Part shown: positions 9,633 to 17,726 of the stretch, piece after piece | How the letters are laid out: each line of letters begins with the position of its first letter | Position numbering within the stretch: the stretch's first letter is position 1 | Origin: a virus | Taxonomy: Duplodnaviria > Caudoviricetes | IMG/VR virus record: IMGVR_UViG_3300028048_000060 | Coordinates: 1-64,000 of that record | Reading direction: 5' to 3' (one strand) | DNA: 64,000 nt | Notes under the pieces: model-generated | Told to the model about the DNA's origin: nothing | What the model saw: only the letters and a program-made list of their open reading frames with translations | The model's database searches: none | Position numbers and translations under genes: made by a program

Positions 9633-9732
9633 AGTAAAGTCAATTAAAAAAATAGGGAAAAGACGAGTTATAAATCTCAATGTTAAAAAGAATCACACGT
9701 TTGTTACAAAAAATGGAATTGTGACTCACAAT
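9619..9732 (+). mobile_element. split intein C-fragment (38 aa)
   Basis: MQAVKVKSIKKIGKRRVINLNVKKNHTFVTKNGIVTHN|C; blocks F/G, His-Asn, Cys+1; 10 K/R and no D/E. Confidence 0.9.
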
Positions 9733-10323
9733 TGTGACAATATGTCTGTAGATGCACAATCTTCTCTGAGGTCGTTTCTTGACGAGTTTAGTCTAAATTG
9801 TTCCTTTATTTTTACTGGAAACTTTAAGTCTAAGATAATTGAACCTTTGTTAGACAGATTAGAGAACTATGATTTCTCAGAGTTTCCGAAGGAAGAAATG
9901 GTCAAGCCTATCTTTGAAAAACTCAAGTTTATTGTTCAAAACGAAGGATTTGATTTTGACTCTGAGAAGCAACAGTTAGTTCTTAGTATAATTCAAAATT
10001 CGTATCCTAAGATACGAAACATGATAGGTAATCTTCAAAGAGCACTCTGTACTAACAGTTCTCAGATTGAAAATTCAGTTTCTTCTTATGAAGAAATATT
10101 TGAGTCTTTAAAGAAAAAAGATTATTATAAGATAATAGAGCAAACAAACTCATTAACCAATCCTGATGGGATGTTTGAATTTTTATATGCTAGAATTAAG
10201 GATTTTACAAAGATTCCTGGTGCTATCCAGTCCTTAGCAAAAGGACAGTATCAAAGTGCCTTTGTAAGAGACAAAAACTTAAACTTAGCTTCTACTTTAT
10301 GTGAATTGATGAATTTTATTTAA
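9619..10323 (+). CDS. gp44: split-intein C-fragment fused to clamp loader (gp44-like) C-extein
   Basis: Own RBS AGAGGA and ATG 9619; 38-aa IntC ends NGIVTHN, followed by CDNMSVDAQSSLRSFLDEFS.NCSFIFTGN...IIEPLLDR (RFC box region). Confidence 0.92.
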   Translation: MQAVKVKSIKKIGKRRVINLNVKKNHTFVTKNGIVTHNCDNMSVDAQSSLRSFLDEFSLNCSFIFTGNFKSKIIEPLLDRLENYDFSEFPKEEMVKPIFEKLKFIVQNEGFDFDSEKQQLVLSIIQNSYPKIRNMIGNLQRALCTNSSQIENSVSSYEEIFESLKKKDYYKIIEQTNSLTNPDGMFEFLYARIKDFTKIPGAIQSLAKGQYQSAFVRDKNLNLASTLCELMNFI

Positions 10324-10332
10324 GGAAAGATA

Positions 10333-11388
10333 ATGATCGATTTTTACCCTGATTCTTCTGTTGAATACTTACACTGTACAAATGGTCTTTTATATAAGTT
10401 CAATGGTAAGAACTTAAAATACAAAGAAAGTATAGAAAAACTTGTAGATAACATTTTAAAAAGATATCCTGATACTAAGAAAACAACTATAGACAAAGAT
10501 ATTATCTTAGAACACAATGACTTTGTTGTTTCTTTATGTCGAGCATACACTGAATTTAATGTTTCAGGAAGTGTTAGAGACATTGAGACTTTAAAAGTGT
10601 TAGTTGAACTTAACACTGGAATATATGACCACGAAAACGAAGACAAAAACGTAGTATCCTATGACTTCTACGTAGATAGAGGAGATGTTTGTTACAAAGA
10701 CCAGTTCTTAAAGGTAGACGATAATCTTTCTAAACTTTATATTCCTTATATAGACACAGACGATTTATTTGAAAAGTTCTTTGGGTCAAGAGAAAAGATT
10801 TTGTTACTAACTGGAAAGTCAGGAATTGGTAAGTCTAAGTTATCTGCCTTAGCAACACAGTATCTTAGTAAGCACTCTAAGAAAAATGTTAGTAGTGTAG
10901 CTACAGCAAGTGATATTGATGTTTTAAGTGATGATAACTTTTGGAGTTACTTAGATATCCAAGGAATTGACTTAGTTATCTTAGATGACTTAGACTATCT
11001 TTTAACCCCAAGAACAGAAGAACAGAGTCCATCTGATATTGCTAAGAATAAGTTTATTTCTAACTTCCTTAGCTTTACAGATGGATTTAAGCATAACAAT
11101 GTCAAGTTCATTATTACAACCAACCAGGAAGTTTCTACTATAGATAAGTCTCTTCTTAGACGAGGAAGAATGTTTGATATCTTAGAACTAAGAAAGTTAA
11201 CTAACTCAGAAGCAAAGGAGATTTGGGAACAGTTAACAGACAAGCCATTTAAATTAAAGGGTGAAATCTTAGCATGTGACTTAGCCTTCGAGATTGAAAA
11301 CTCTAAGAGAACTAAGAACGATAAGTCTTACTTAAAGGATAAGACAGTTTCTAAGTTAAAGAAAACAGAAACTAAGATTGGATTTTAG
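10333..11388 (+). CDS. AAA+ ATPase
   Basis: Walker A LLLTGKSGIGKS, Walker B LVILDDLD, FIITTN..IDKSLLRRGRMFD (second region of homology). Confidence 0.85.
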   Translation: MIDFYPDSSVEYLHCTNGLLYKFNGKNLKYKESIEKLVDNILKRYPDTKKTTIDKDIILEHNDFVVSLCRAYTEFNVSGSVRDIETLKVLVELNTGIYDHENEDKNVVSYDFYVDRGDVCYKDQFLKVDDNLSKLYIPYIDTDDLFEKFFGSREKILLLTGKSGIGKSKLSALATQYLSKHSKKNVSSVATASDIDVLSDDNFWSYLDIQGIDLVILDDLDYLLTPRTEEQSPSDIAKNKFISNFLSFTDGFKHNNVKFIITTNQEVSTIDKSLLRRGRMFDILELRKLTNSEAKEIWEQLTDKPFKLKGEILACDLAFEIENSKRTKNDKSYLKDKTVSKLKKTETKIGF

Positions 11389-11448
11389 TCTTTAACATCT
11401 TTTAATGCTCTTCCAAGAGCATTTCCAAAAATATTTCAGTGTTCTTAA

Positions 11449-11456
11449 TATAAATA
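11449..11456 (+). promoter_or_regulatory. T4-type late promoter
   Basis: TATAAATA just upstream of a fibre-like gene. Confidence 0.75.
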
Positions 11457-11482
11457 AGTAAAAATGTTTATAAGGAATATAA

Positions 11483-12736
11483 ATGAACACTGAAATTTCA
11501 AGATACTTAGTTGATGCTAATGGTAACTCATTTTCATCAGACACAGACCTTCAAAGTCTTTCTAATAACTCAAAAGTAAAGAACACCAACTCAGGAGTTT
11601 CTTACAAGAAAGTCCAAGGAACAACCTCAGGAGTTCCTGTGTTTGACAAGGTTCCTTTCCAAGAAGGACAACCTGACGCAGTTCTTTATTCACCACAGTC
11701 TTTAACAACAGCACAAAAACAGCAGGCAAGAACTAATATAGGAGCATCAAGTGACGATGCTGTCCTTTATTCTCAACAGACCTTGACTTCTTCTCAGAAA
11801 GAGCAAGCACGTGCTAATATTGGAGTAGACAAAGCCGTTCTTTATTCTCAGCAGGAACTAACTAGTGATGAAATATCTACTGTTATGAATAATCTAGGAA
11901 TCGATAAGGTTGGCGGAATTTTTAACGAGACCTGGCATAATTTTTATCTTAGATTCGGTGATACTCAAGTATGCTTTGGTTCATCTACTAAGGTTGATAA
12001 TTCGAACGCACCTCAAGCTGTAGCATGTTTCAAATTCCCGTTCTTAGAAAGACCTTGGGTTTCAGTTTCTCCATTAATTTCGAAACCTGGATTAACCGAT
12101 GCTACAGCAGGATTAATTGCAGAATCCGTCGGTCCTAGAACAGCTCTTTTAGGTTTTGGTAGAGGTTCTCAACTATCTAGAGGAATCTTCATAGCCATTG
12201 GGAAGAGATTTAACTACGACAACTTAAGATTCATCGAACTTCACGGATCATCTAACAAGCGAATACCTATTGAAACGTCCGGAACATATAATTATTATCT
12301 TAATAAGTCATTAGTTAAAGTTCCTGATACAAGTAAAGTTTATTTCTTAGTTGATATGTTTTTATCACGAGATGCGTCTGAGTCTGACTATATAGAACTG
12401 GGAGTTGATCAACATACTTATACTGTGTTTGGAAAATACAGGGTAGACACTTCTGTAACAGATGACTCTTCGTCTTATGTTAGAGGATGGGACGTGGATT
12501 TAGGTTTAAATTGTGCTGAAAACGATAATATAAAATTCATTGGATACAGTGACAGAACAGATATGATGCTTTTCCAGGACAGCGAATTTAGCCAGTATAA
12601 GATGTCAAGTTTTGTTATTAGTTTTGATAAGATTAACTTCTTTAATGGAGTATCTGAACACTCCTTTAATTTTAATTGTTCATTATCTGGAAGTTCAAAG
12701 GGAAGAATTAGAATTTTTTATATAGCACAGGATTAA
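11483..12736 (+). CDS. putative tail fibre / virion structural protein
   Basis: Three AVLYS.Q.LT..Q..QAR.NIG repeats, then a fibre-type beta domain (YLRFGDTQVCFG...F.FPF...P.V); late promoter upstream. Confidence 0.65.
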   Translation: MNTEISRYLVDANGNSFSSDTDLQSLSNNSKVKNTNSGVSYKKVQGTTSGVPVFDKVPFQEGQPDAVLYSPQSLTTAQKQQARTNIGASSDDAVLYSQQTLTSSQKEQARANIGVDKAVLYSQQELTSDEISTVMNNLGIDKVGGIFNETWHNFYLRFGDTQVCFGSSTKVDNSNAPQAVACFKFPFLERPWVSVSPLISKPGLTDATAGLIAESVGPRTALLGFGRGSQLSRGIFIAIGKRFNYDNLRFIELHGSSNKRIPIETSGTYNYYLNKSLVKVPDTSKVYFLVDMFLSRDASESDYIELGVDQHTYTVFGKYRVDTSVTDDSSSYVRGWDVDLGLNCAENDNIKFIGYSDRTDMMLFQDSEFSQYKMSSFVISFDKINFFNGVSEHSFNFNCSLSGSSKGRIRIFYIAQD

Positions 12737-12789
12737 ATAACATAACTTATAACTCAGGAAATATCTAAGTCTTTATATAAGGAATTAAA

Positions 12790-13332
12790 ATGAAATTTAA
12801 ACTAATCGTAGAATCAGAAATGATTAACGAACTTTCCAACGATGGAAAATGGGTCACTTTTAAGAATGGTCAGCACACATACATTGGTAAGGGTGGTGAG
12901 ATTGAAACAGGAACTCTTAAAGGTTACAATGTAAACAACACTAAGGCTATTAAGGGAAAGTACAAGCAACTCCAGGACCAAGCCAAAAAGAAGAAGAAAC
13001 AGGAACAAAAAGCTAAGAGTCGTGAAGACAGTAAGTTAACTGATGACCAGAAGAAAGGCGCTAAACAGGTTTTAAGCGGAATTGCTTTAGATGCTAATGC
13101 TCGAAGTGGAGGGAACTTTGAAAGAGGAAAGCAAATGTTTAAGAAAGGAAAAGAAGCAATGGCTGATGCTCTGAGAAAGAACAAAGACTCAAGAGACACG
13201 TCTAAGGCAACCGACAAGCAATATGATTCCTTTGCTAACATGGTTCAACACTACGGAGATTACAACGAAAAGTCTAAGAAGACTCAGAGGAAGAAAGCTA
13301 TAAAGAGAGCAGTCAAGTCAATGAATCGTTAA
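12790..13332 (+). CDS. basic protein, candidate internal head protein
   Basis: MKFKLIVESEMINE leader; GKWVTFKNGQHTYIGKGGEI motif; Lys-rich. Confidence 0.55.
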   Translation: MKFKLIVESEMINELSNDGKWVTFKNGQHTYIGKGGEIETGTLKGYNVNNTKAIKGKYKQLQDQAKKKKKQEQKAKSREDSKLTDDQKKGAKQVLSGIALDANARSGGNFERGKQMFKKGKEAMADALRKNKDSRDTSKATDKQYDSFANMVQHYGDYNEKSKKTQRKKAIKRAVKSMNR

Positions 13333-13431
13333 AGCATTAAAATAACAAGTGATTTAGTAAGAGAATTTAAGGCAAACTTTTGTTTGCCTTTGCCTAAGAC
13401 AAATAAATTTGCCTTTAACTAAAATTTTTAC

Positions 13432-13460
13432 TTGATATTTAACCCAAAATACATTATAAT
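13432..13460 (+). promoter_or_regulatory. early sigma70-type promoter
   Basis: TTGATA-17-TATAAT then AATAACATAG; upstream palindrome-like site 13408-13424. Confidence 0.8.
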
Positions 13461-13492
13461 AATAACATAGATAAGAGATTCGGAGAAAAGAC

Positions 13493-14017
13493 ATGATAAA
13501 GGTAACTATTTCAGACCCAGGATTATATGCTGTATATGTTGGTGAGATGATTGGGCAGTTCAGTGATGGTTACTGGGAAAATTCCAGAGCACACAGATAT
13601 GACTGGAAGTATTTCAGCTATGATAATGCTTTCCTCGTAGAAAAGGAAGAGATAACTAGGCTTCCAATTATCAGTTACAGCATCTTAAACTTCTTCAGGT
13701 TTGTTAAAAGAGAAAATCTAAAAGATATCATTGTAAGAGTTTTGATGCTTTACCGAAATGGAGATAAGGTCAAGGAAGCCTATAAAGATGGAGATGCTGG
13801 AGCCTTAATCAGTGCACTGTCATATGTGGATTATGCTGACAGGTTAGAAGAATGGGGTCATTTCGAGAGACAGTTAGAGGCTATCTCTAAGTATTTTGGA
13901 ACACTGGAGAATTTCAAGTCAATGAAACCAGTGATAAATAAAGAATCCATTAAAGAGTTTATGAAGATTGGAAAGGAACTTCACAACAGTTTCGAACATG
14001 TAAGGAGTATTTTTTGA
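13493..14017 (+). CDS. hypothetical protein
   Basis: GQFSDGYWENS motif; RBS GGAG. Confidence 0.65.
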   Translation: MIKVTISDPGLYAVYVGEMIGQFSDGYWENSRAHRYDWKYFSYDNAFLVEKEEITRLPIISYSILNFFRFVKRENLKDIIVRVLMLYRNGDKVKEAYKDGDAGALISALSYVDYADRLEEWGHFERQLEAISKYFGTLENFKSMKPVINKESIKEFMKIGKELHNSFEHVRSIF

Positions 14018-14487
14018 AATTTAAACTTATCTTAGAAAAAGATTATAAAGGGAAACTAGGACATCAACCTCCTAGTCCTGATGAGTATCCTAATGAAATA
14101 GCTAGAGGGGAATACATCTTCGACCCTTCGTTTGGCGGTCCTGATGACTTATTTCAGCATGCTTATGAGTACTATTTAAACACAGACTTAGTTTCAAAGG
14201 CAGACTGTAAGGTGTTTATGGATTTTTTAAAGAAAAATCAAAATAAACCAAATGCTGAGTTAACAATTTATAGAGGGCAACCTGACTCTGAGTTAGACTA
14301 TGGAATGTGGGTTACACCATTTAAGTCCTATGCTATGGCATATGCCTATGATGGTGCTTATGCAGGAGAAGGAAGTAAGGTATTCCAGTACAAAGTAAAA
14401 CTTCATGACCTATCCTGTGACTTTAATAGTCTTGCTGAATGGGGTTATTTTGGAAAACCTATAAAAGGAAAAGAAGTTAAATCTTAG
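14014..14487 (+). CDS. putative ADP-ribosyltransferase-fold protein, candidate internal head protein
   Basis: TTG start after AAGGAG; MKFKLILE leader; LTIYRG...WVT....YA..YA...V....V...D......EWGYF resembles ART-like domains. Confidence 0.5.
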   Translation: MKFKLILEKDYKGKLGHQPPSPDEYPNEIARGEYIFDPSFGGPDDLFQHAYEYYLNTDLVSKADCKVFMDFLKKNQNKPNAELTIYRGQPDSELDYGMWVTPFKSYAMAYAYDGAYAGEGSKVFQYKVKLHDLSCDFNSLAEWGYFGKPIKGKEVKS

Positions 14488-14520
14488 TTCTTATATAAAG
14501 ACATAGATATTTTAAAAGGA
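14477..14520. repeat. 44-bp direct repeat, copy 1
   Basis: TTAAATCTTAGTTCTTATATAAAGACATAGATATTTTAAAAGGA, identical to 14804-14847. Confidence 0.95.
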
Positions 14521-14527
14521 TAATAAA

Positions 14528-14797
14528 ATGAAATTTAGAGAACTAAAACTTTGCGAATCCCATATAGAAAAATGGATGGTCGATTTTATAAAAGATTACT
14601 TTCTGAATGGAGATATCAGAGGTGATTATGTAGATTTTTACTTCACAGATGAAGATGGAGATTTTTCTGAGGAACTCAGAAAAATGGAACGTTCAGGTGT
14701 AATTTACCTTGACGATGATACTTGGCATGTTGAGGAAAGCGCCATTGAAAGCAATTCTGTTCTTAAAAAACTAAATGATAAGTTTTTAAGCATCTAA
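14528..14797 (+). CDS. small acidic protein between the 44-bp repeats
   Basis: MKFRELKLCES leader; RBS AAGGA supplied by the repeat. Confidence 0.65.
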   Translation: MKFRELKLCESHIEKWMVDFIKDYFLNGDIRGDYVDFYFTDEDGDFSEELRKMERSGVIYLDDDTWHVEESAIESNSVLKKLNDKFLSI

Positions 14798-14803
14798 AAT
14801 AAT

Positions 14804-14847
14804 TTAAATCTTAGTTCTTATATAAAGACATAGATATTTTAAAAGGA
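14804..14847. repeat. 44-bp direct repeat, copy 2
   Basis: Identical to 14477-14520. Confidence 0.95.
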
Positions 14848-14885
14848 CTTTCATAGTCCTTTAATAACTTAGAAGGAGAACAAAA

Positions 14886-15050
14886 ATGAAAAATGGAAAT
14901 TTTGTCGCTAAATTCGACCACTTAGTTAACAAAGCAAAAACTTTCAAGGACAGAAAGAAAGCATTTAAGAAAGGCTATATGAAGCACAAGAACAAGTTTA
15001 AGAATTTTAAAGGGGACTATGTCCCCTTTTATGTTATTTTTCCTTCTTAG
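14886..15050 (+). CDS. small basic ArfA-like protein (absent from the ORF track)
   Basis: RBS AGAAGGAG; MKNGNFVAKFDHLVNKAKTFKDRKKAFKKGYMKHKNKFKNFKGDYVPFYVIFPS*; N.VAK...DRKK...KG..KHK pattern. Confidence 0.6.
   Translation: MKNGNFVAKFDHLVNKAKTFKDRKKAFKKGYMKHKNKFKNFKGDYVPFYVIFPS
15009..15040. terminator. intrinsic terminator inside the ArfA-like ORF, also usable by the convergent operon
   Basis: AAAGGGGAC-TAT-GTCCCCTTTT followed by ATGTTATTTTT. Confidence 0.8.
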
Positions 15051-15354
15051 ATGTAGAAGCAGATTTTTTTCTTGGCTTAGGTTCTGGCTTCTCGATCTTT
15101 TGTTCTAACTGAGTTATCTTTAAGTCTATACTCTTCAAAAAGTCTTCTACACACTTCTGTGAGACTTCAACTGATTCAGAATATACCCGAATATCCTTAG
15201 ATGTTTTGTTTATTTCTCTCTGCATTCGTCTACATTTAAAAAAGCATGTATAGATGGAAATAATAAACGTTAATACTGTTAATATTAAAGACACAATCAA
15301 AATACTACTATATTGGCACAGTGTTTCATTCACTGAGCATAAAAACTCTATCAT
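15034..15354 (-). CDS. single-TM membrane protein in lysis cluster (holin/antiholin candidate)
   Basis: Hydrophobic SSILIVSLILTVLTFIISIYTCFF, coiled coil, basic tail; late promoter at 15392-15399 (minus strand); next to the spanins. Confidence 0.45.
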   Translation of the reverse strand: MIEFLCSVNETLCQYSSILIVSLILTVLTFIISIYTCFFKCRRMQREINKTSKDIRVYSESVEVSQKCVEDFLKSIDLKITQLEQKIEKPEPKPRKKSASTSKKEK

Positions 15355-15680
15355 TTAAGGTCCTCCTTTAGAAACTGTTTTGAGTTCTTATTATTTATAT
15401 CATTTTTATAATAATATTTATACATTTCTATTATTTTATTCTGAATGATTATAAAATTCTTAATGTCGTCTGTATTTAGTGATAGATTTGAGTACTGTTC
15501 AGGACTTAGGCATATCATGGAGTTCTTTATTTCCCACTGGACTGGTCGCATCTTAACCTCAGGACTTTTTGGAAGCACTAAAGGTGGTCTCTCATTCTGA
15601 ATCTGTGACTGAGTAGAACATCCTAAACAAACAGGGACAAATAATATTAAAAATAATAATGTCTTTATATAAGAAAGCAT
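15351..15680 (-). CDS. outer-membrane spanin (o-spanin) lipoprotein
   Basis: Signal peptide with lipobox CLGC, Pro-rich segment, CLS...Y..L..N..DI..FI motif. Confidence 0.75.
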   Translation of the reverse strand: MLSYIKTLLFLILFVPVCLGCSTQSQIQNERPPLVLPKSPEVKMRPVQWEIKNSMICLSPEQYSNLSLNTDDIKNFIIIQNKIIEMYKYYYKNDINNKNSKQFLKEDLK

Positions 15681-15683
15681 ATT

Positions 15684-16097
15684 TTAATTCTCCATTTTAC
15701 ACTCTTTATGCTTAGACAGTTCTTCAAAACACTTAGATGTCTTTTCTTGGCCTTTGTTGATTATATTCTCAACCATCTTAGGGTGCTTCTTTACTAAGTC
15801 AGAGAAACTAAAATTCAACTTTTGGAGTTTCTTCTGAAGTTCCTGTTGTTGAAGTCTTAGACTATTTGAAGTTTCCTGAAGTTCTATGTTATATCTAATA
15901 ACATCATTATAATCTTCTTTAAGACTCTTTATGTAGACTTCTGTTTGTTTTATTTTTTCATTGAGTTCAGTGTTCTGTGTTTCTAAAGAGTCTATCTTAG
16001 AATTAAGAACCTTAATGTAAACAGAAGTTCCAAGAATTGTTAAAAGTACTGTTATTATAATAAAAGACTTAAAATTTAAATTTAATAATGAAAACAT
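15684..16097 (-). CDS. inner-membrane spanin (i-spanin)
   Basis: N-terminal TM, long coiled coil, KHPKMVENIINKG; directly upstream of the o-spanin. Confidence 0.75.
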   Translation of the reverse strand: MFSLLNLNFKSFIIITVLLTILGTSVYIKVLNSKIDSLETQNTELNEKIKQTEVYIKSLKEDYNDVIRYNIELQETSNSLRLQQQELQKKLQKLNFSFSDLVKKHPKMVENIINKGQEKTSKCFEELSKHKECKMEN

Positions 16098-16108
16098 CTT
16101 TAAATCCC

Positions 16109-16591
16109 CTATATCTTTAACTGTTTTTCAGTTAAAACAATAAACTTAAATCCTCTTTGTTCAGCAAACTGTTTTGCTTGAGTCCATTTTGCTTGATTAG
16201 TCATAAACGTTTCTAGTGCTTCCTGATACCTTATCATAGAGTTAGCATTTTTAATTTTAGGAGGCTTAGGAGGAATTGTCTCTCCATAGGATTTAATCTC
16301 CACTAAGAACTTCTCTCCTGTCTCAAAGACTAAAAGCATATCAATGAAATACCTATGTACTTTGTTATCTGTTGGCTTAACATATGGAATATTAAAAGGT
16401 TCTATACTGAACTTTGTTACTCTTGGATTTAAGTCAGCATAACAAAATGCTATTCTTTCTAAACTCGACTTATACTGGATATAACAGTCATTGTCCTTCA
16501 TCTTAGTGGACTGCATATATTCATCCAACGGTTTTATAAATTTCCCTGGATTAAGAATTTTATACCATCCTCTCTTAGAGTTATATCTCAT
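16109..16591 (-). CDS. gp4: head completion nuclease (gp4-like)
   Basis: NPGKF...YKSSLE...IPYVKPTDNKVHRYFIDM...LVEIK...NQAKW..A..FA...G.KFIVLTE. Confidence 0.9.
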   Translation of the reverse strand: MRYNSKRGWYKILNPGKFIKPLDEYMQSTKMKDNDCYIQYKSSLERIAFCYADLNPRVTKFSIEPFNIPYVKPTDNKVHRYFIDMLLVFETGEKFLVEIKSYGETIPPKPPKIKNANSMIRYQEALETFMTNQAKWTQAKQFAEQRGFKFIVLTEKQLKI

Positions 16592-16610
16592 TCTATAAGA
16601 CCTCCACCAC

Positions 16611-17162
16611 CTACAGAACTTCTGTTATAAACGTCGAGTATGTAAAACTACAGTCATAGGAAATTGCACTTGTATCCTTGTCACTTAGACTAATAGAACC
16701 CAGTTCGTTCAGGAAGACCCCATAGAATGTAGTCTTTAAAGTTGGCTTCCCATAAGTATCTAGGTGATAAAGATAAACCTCGTCTATCTTATAATCTTCA
16801 TTAGACTGTTCTGTGTTCTTTATAGTATCACAGAGGTCCATCCATCTTTCTAAGGCTTTTCTAACTAAGAAATGCCCTGTGTCCTGAACTGTTATCTTAA
16901 ATGATGTGTCATAAGTCATTTGACCTTTAAGGTTTAAAGGTCTTCCTCTGTACCACACTGTTTGGGTCTTAATTGTTTCCTTTGGAATTTCTGCGCTCTG
17001 ACATGCTATATCCAGTGTGTCAGACATTGATGGAGCCAATGAACTAATTTTCTGAGGAAAACTAAGTTCTAATCTGTACTTACTAGAGAATGGAACTCCA
17101 TCTTTATAGAGATTCTTTAGGTCTGTTATTGTCCTAACAGGATACCCAGTATCGTTTCTCAT
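16611..17162 (-). CDS. tail tube protein paralogue (gp19/gp54-like)
   Basis: ACQSAEIP...YRGRPLNLKG...F.IT.QD...R..LERW...F..ELGSI.LS...F.Y. Confidence 0.75.
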   Translation of the reverse strand: MRNDTGYPVRTITDLKNLYKDGVPFSSKYRLELSFPQKISSLAPSMSDTLDIACQSAEIPKETIKTQTVWYRGRPLNLKGQMTYDTSFKITVQDTGHFLVRKALERWMDLCDTIKNTEQSNEDYKIDEVYLYHLDTYGKPTLKTTFYGVFLNELGSISLSDKDTSAISYDCSFTYSTFITEVL

Positions 17163-17726
17163 TTATGCCTCCCTTTGATAATATATACAGGAAAATGAAA
17201 CTTTTAAGTCCAAGATAGCCTCATTATCATTGTTATAACTAAACTCACTTATATGTTTTGGAAAGCATCCATAAAGAACATACTTCGCAGTCGGTTGGAT
17301 ATTTGATGTTGGGTCAACCTCAGAATCAAATGAATATTGTAATAAAGTTATGTCTCTATATAAAGAACTCTCATTTGAAATATTTCTTTTAAGTTCATTT
17401 TCATACTGTTTGTCTATCATAGAAGTTCCTGAACCTCTAGCATCAAAACTAAGCATCCAGTCTTCAAAATATTTTCTTATAAAATGGTCTTGGTCGACTG
17501 TAAAGGTAACACTAAAATCATTTGACTGGTCGACCTGTCCTGCTATAGGAATTGACCTCCCTTTGTATTTCATTGTAATAGGTTTAAGGTCTAAGGCAGG
17601 CAATGAGACATCCTTAGCCATCACAGACAGTCTTTGAGAGTTCTTAGAATCAGGTAAGATAATATCCCACTTAGTGCTTCTTGCACCCTGTTTTAAAGCA
17701 TTTTCTAAAAATATTCTATAGTTCAT
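17163..17726 (-). CDS. tail tube protein paralogue (gp19-like)
   Basis: GARSTKW..LP...YKGRSIPIAG...VTF..D...R.YFEDW...GCFPK.ISE; start placed at 17726 after GAGGAA. Confidence 0.8.
   Translation of the reverse strand: MNYRIFLENALKQGARSTKWDIILPDSKNSQRLSVMAKDVSLPALDLKPITMKYKGRSIPIAGQVDQSNDFSVTFTVDQDHFIRKYFEDWMLSFDARGSGTSMIDKQYENELKRNISNESSLYRDITLLQYSFDSEVDPTSNIQPTAKYVLYGCFPKHISEFSYNNDNEAILDLKVSFSCIYYQREA

Noticed and set aside
7892-9732. One contiguous intein broken by sequencing frameshifts, or a group I intron
   Set aside because: Would need two independent frameshifts; IntC has its own RBS and ATG; the fragments are charge-complementary; there is no non-coding space for a ribozyme core
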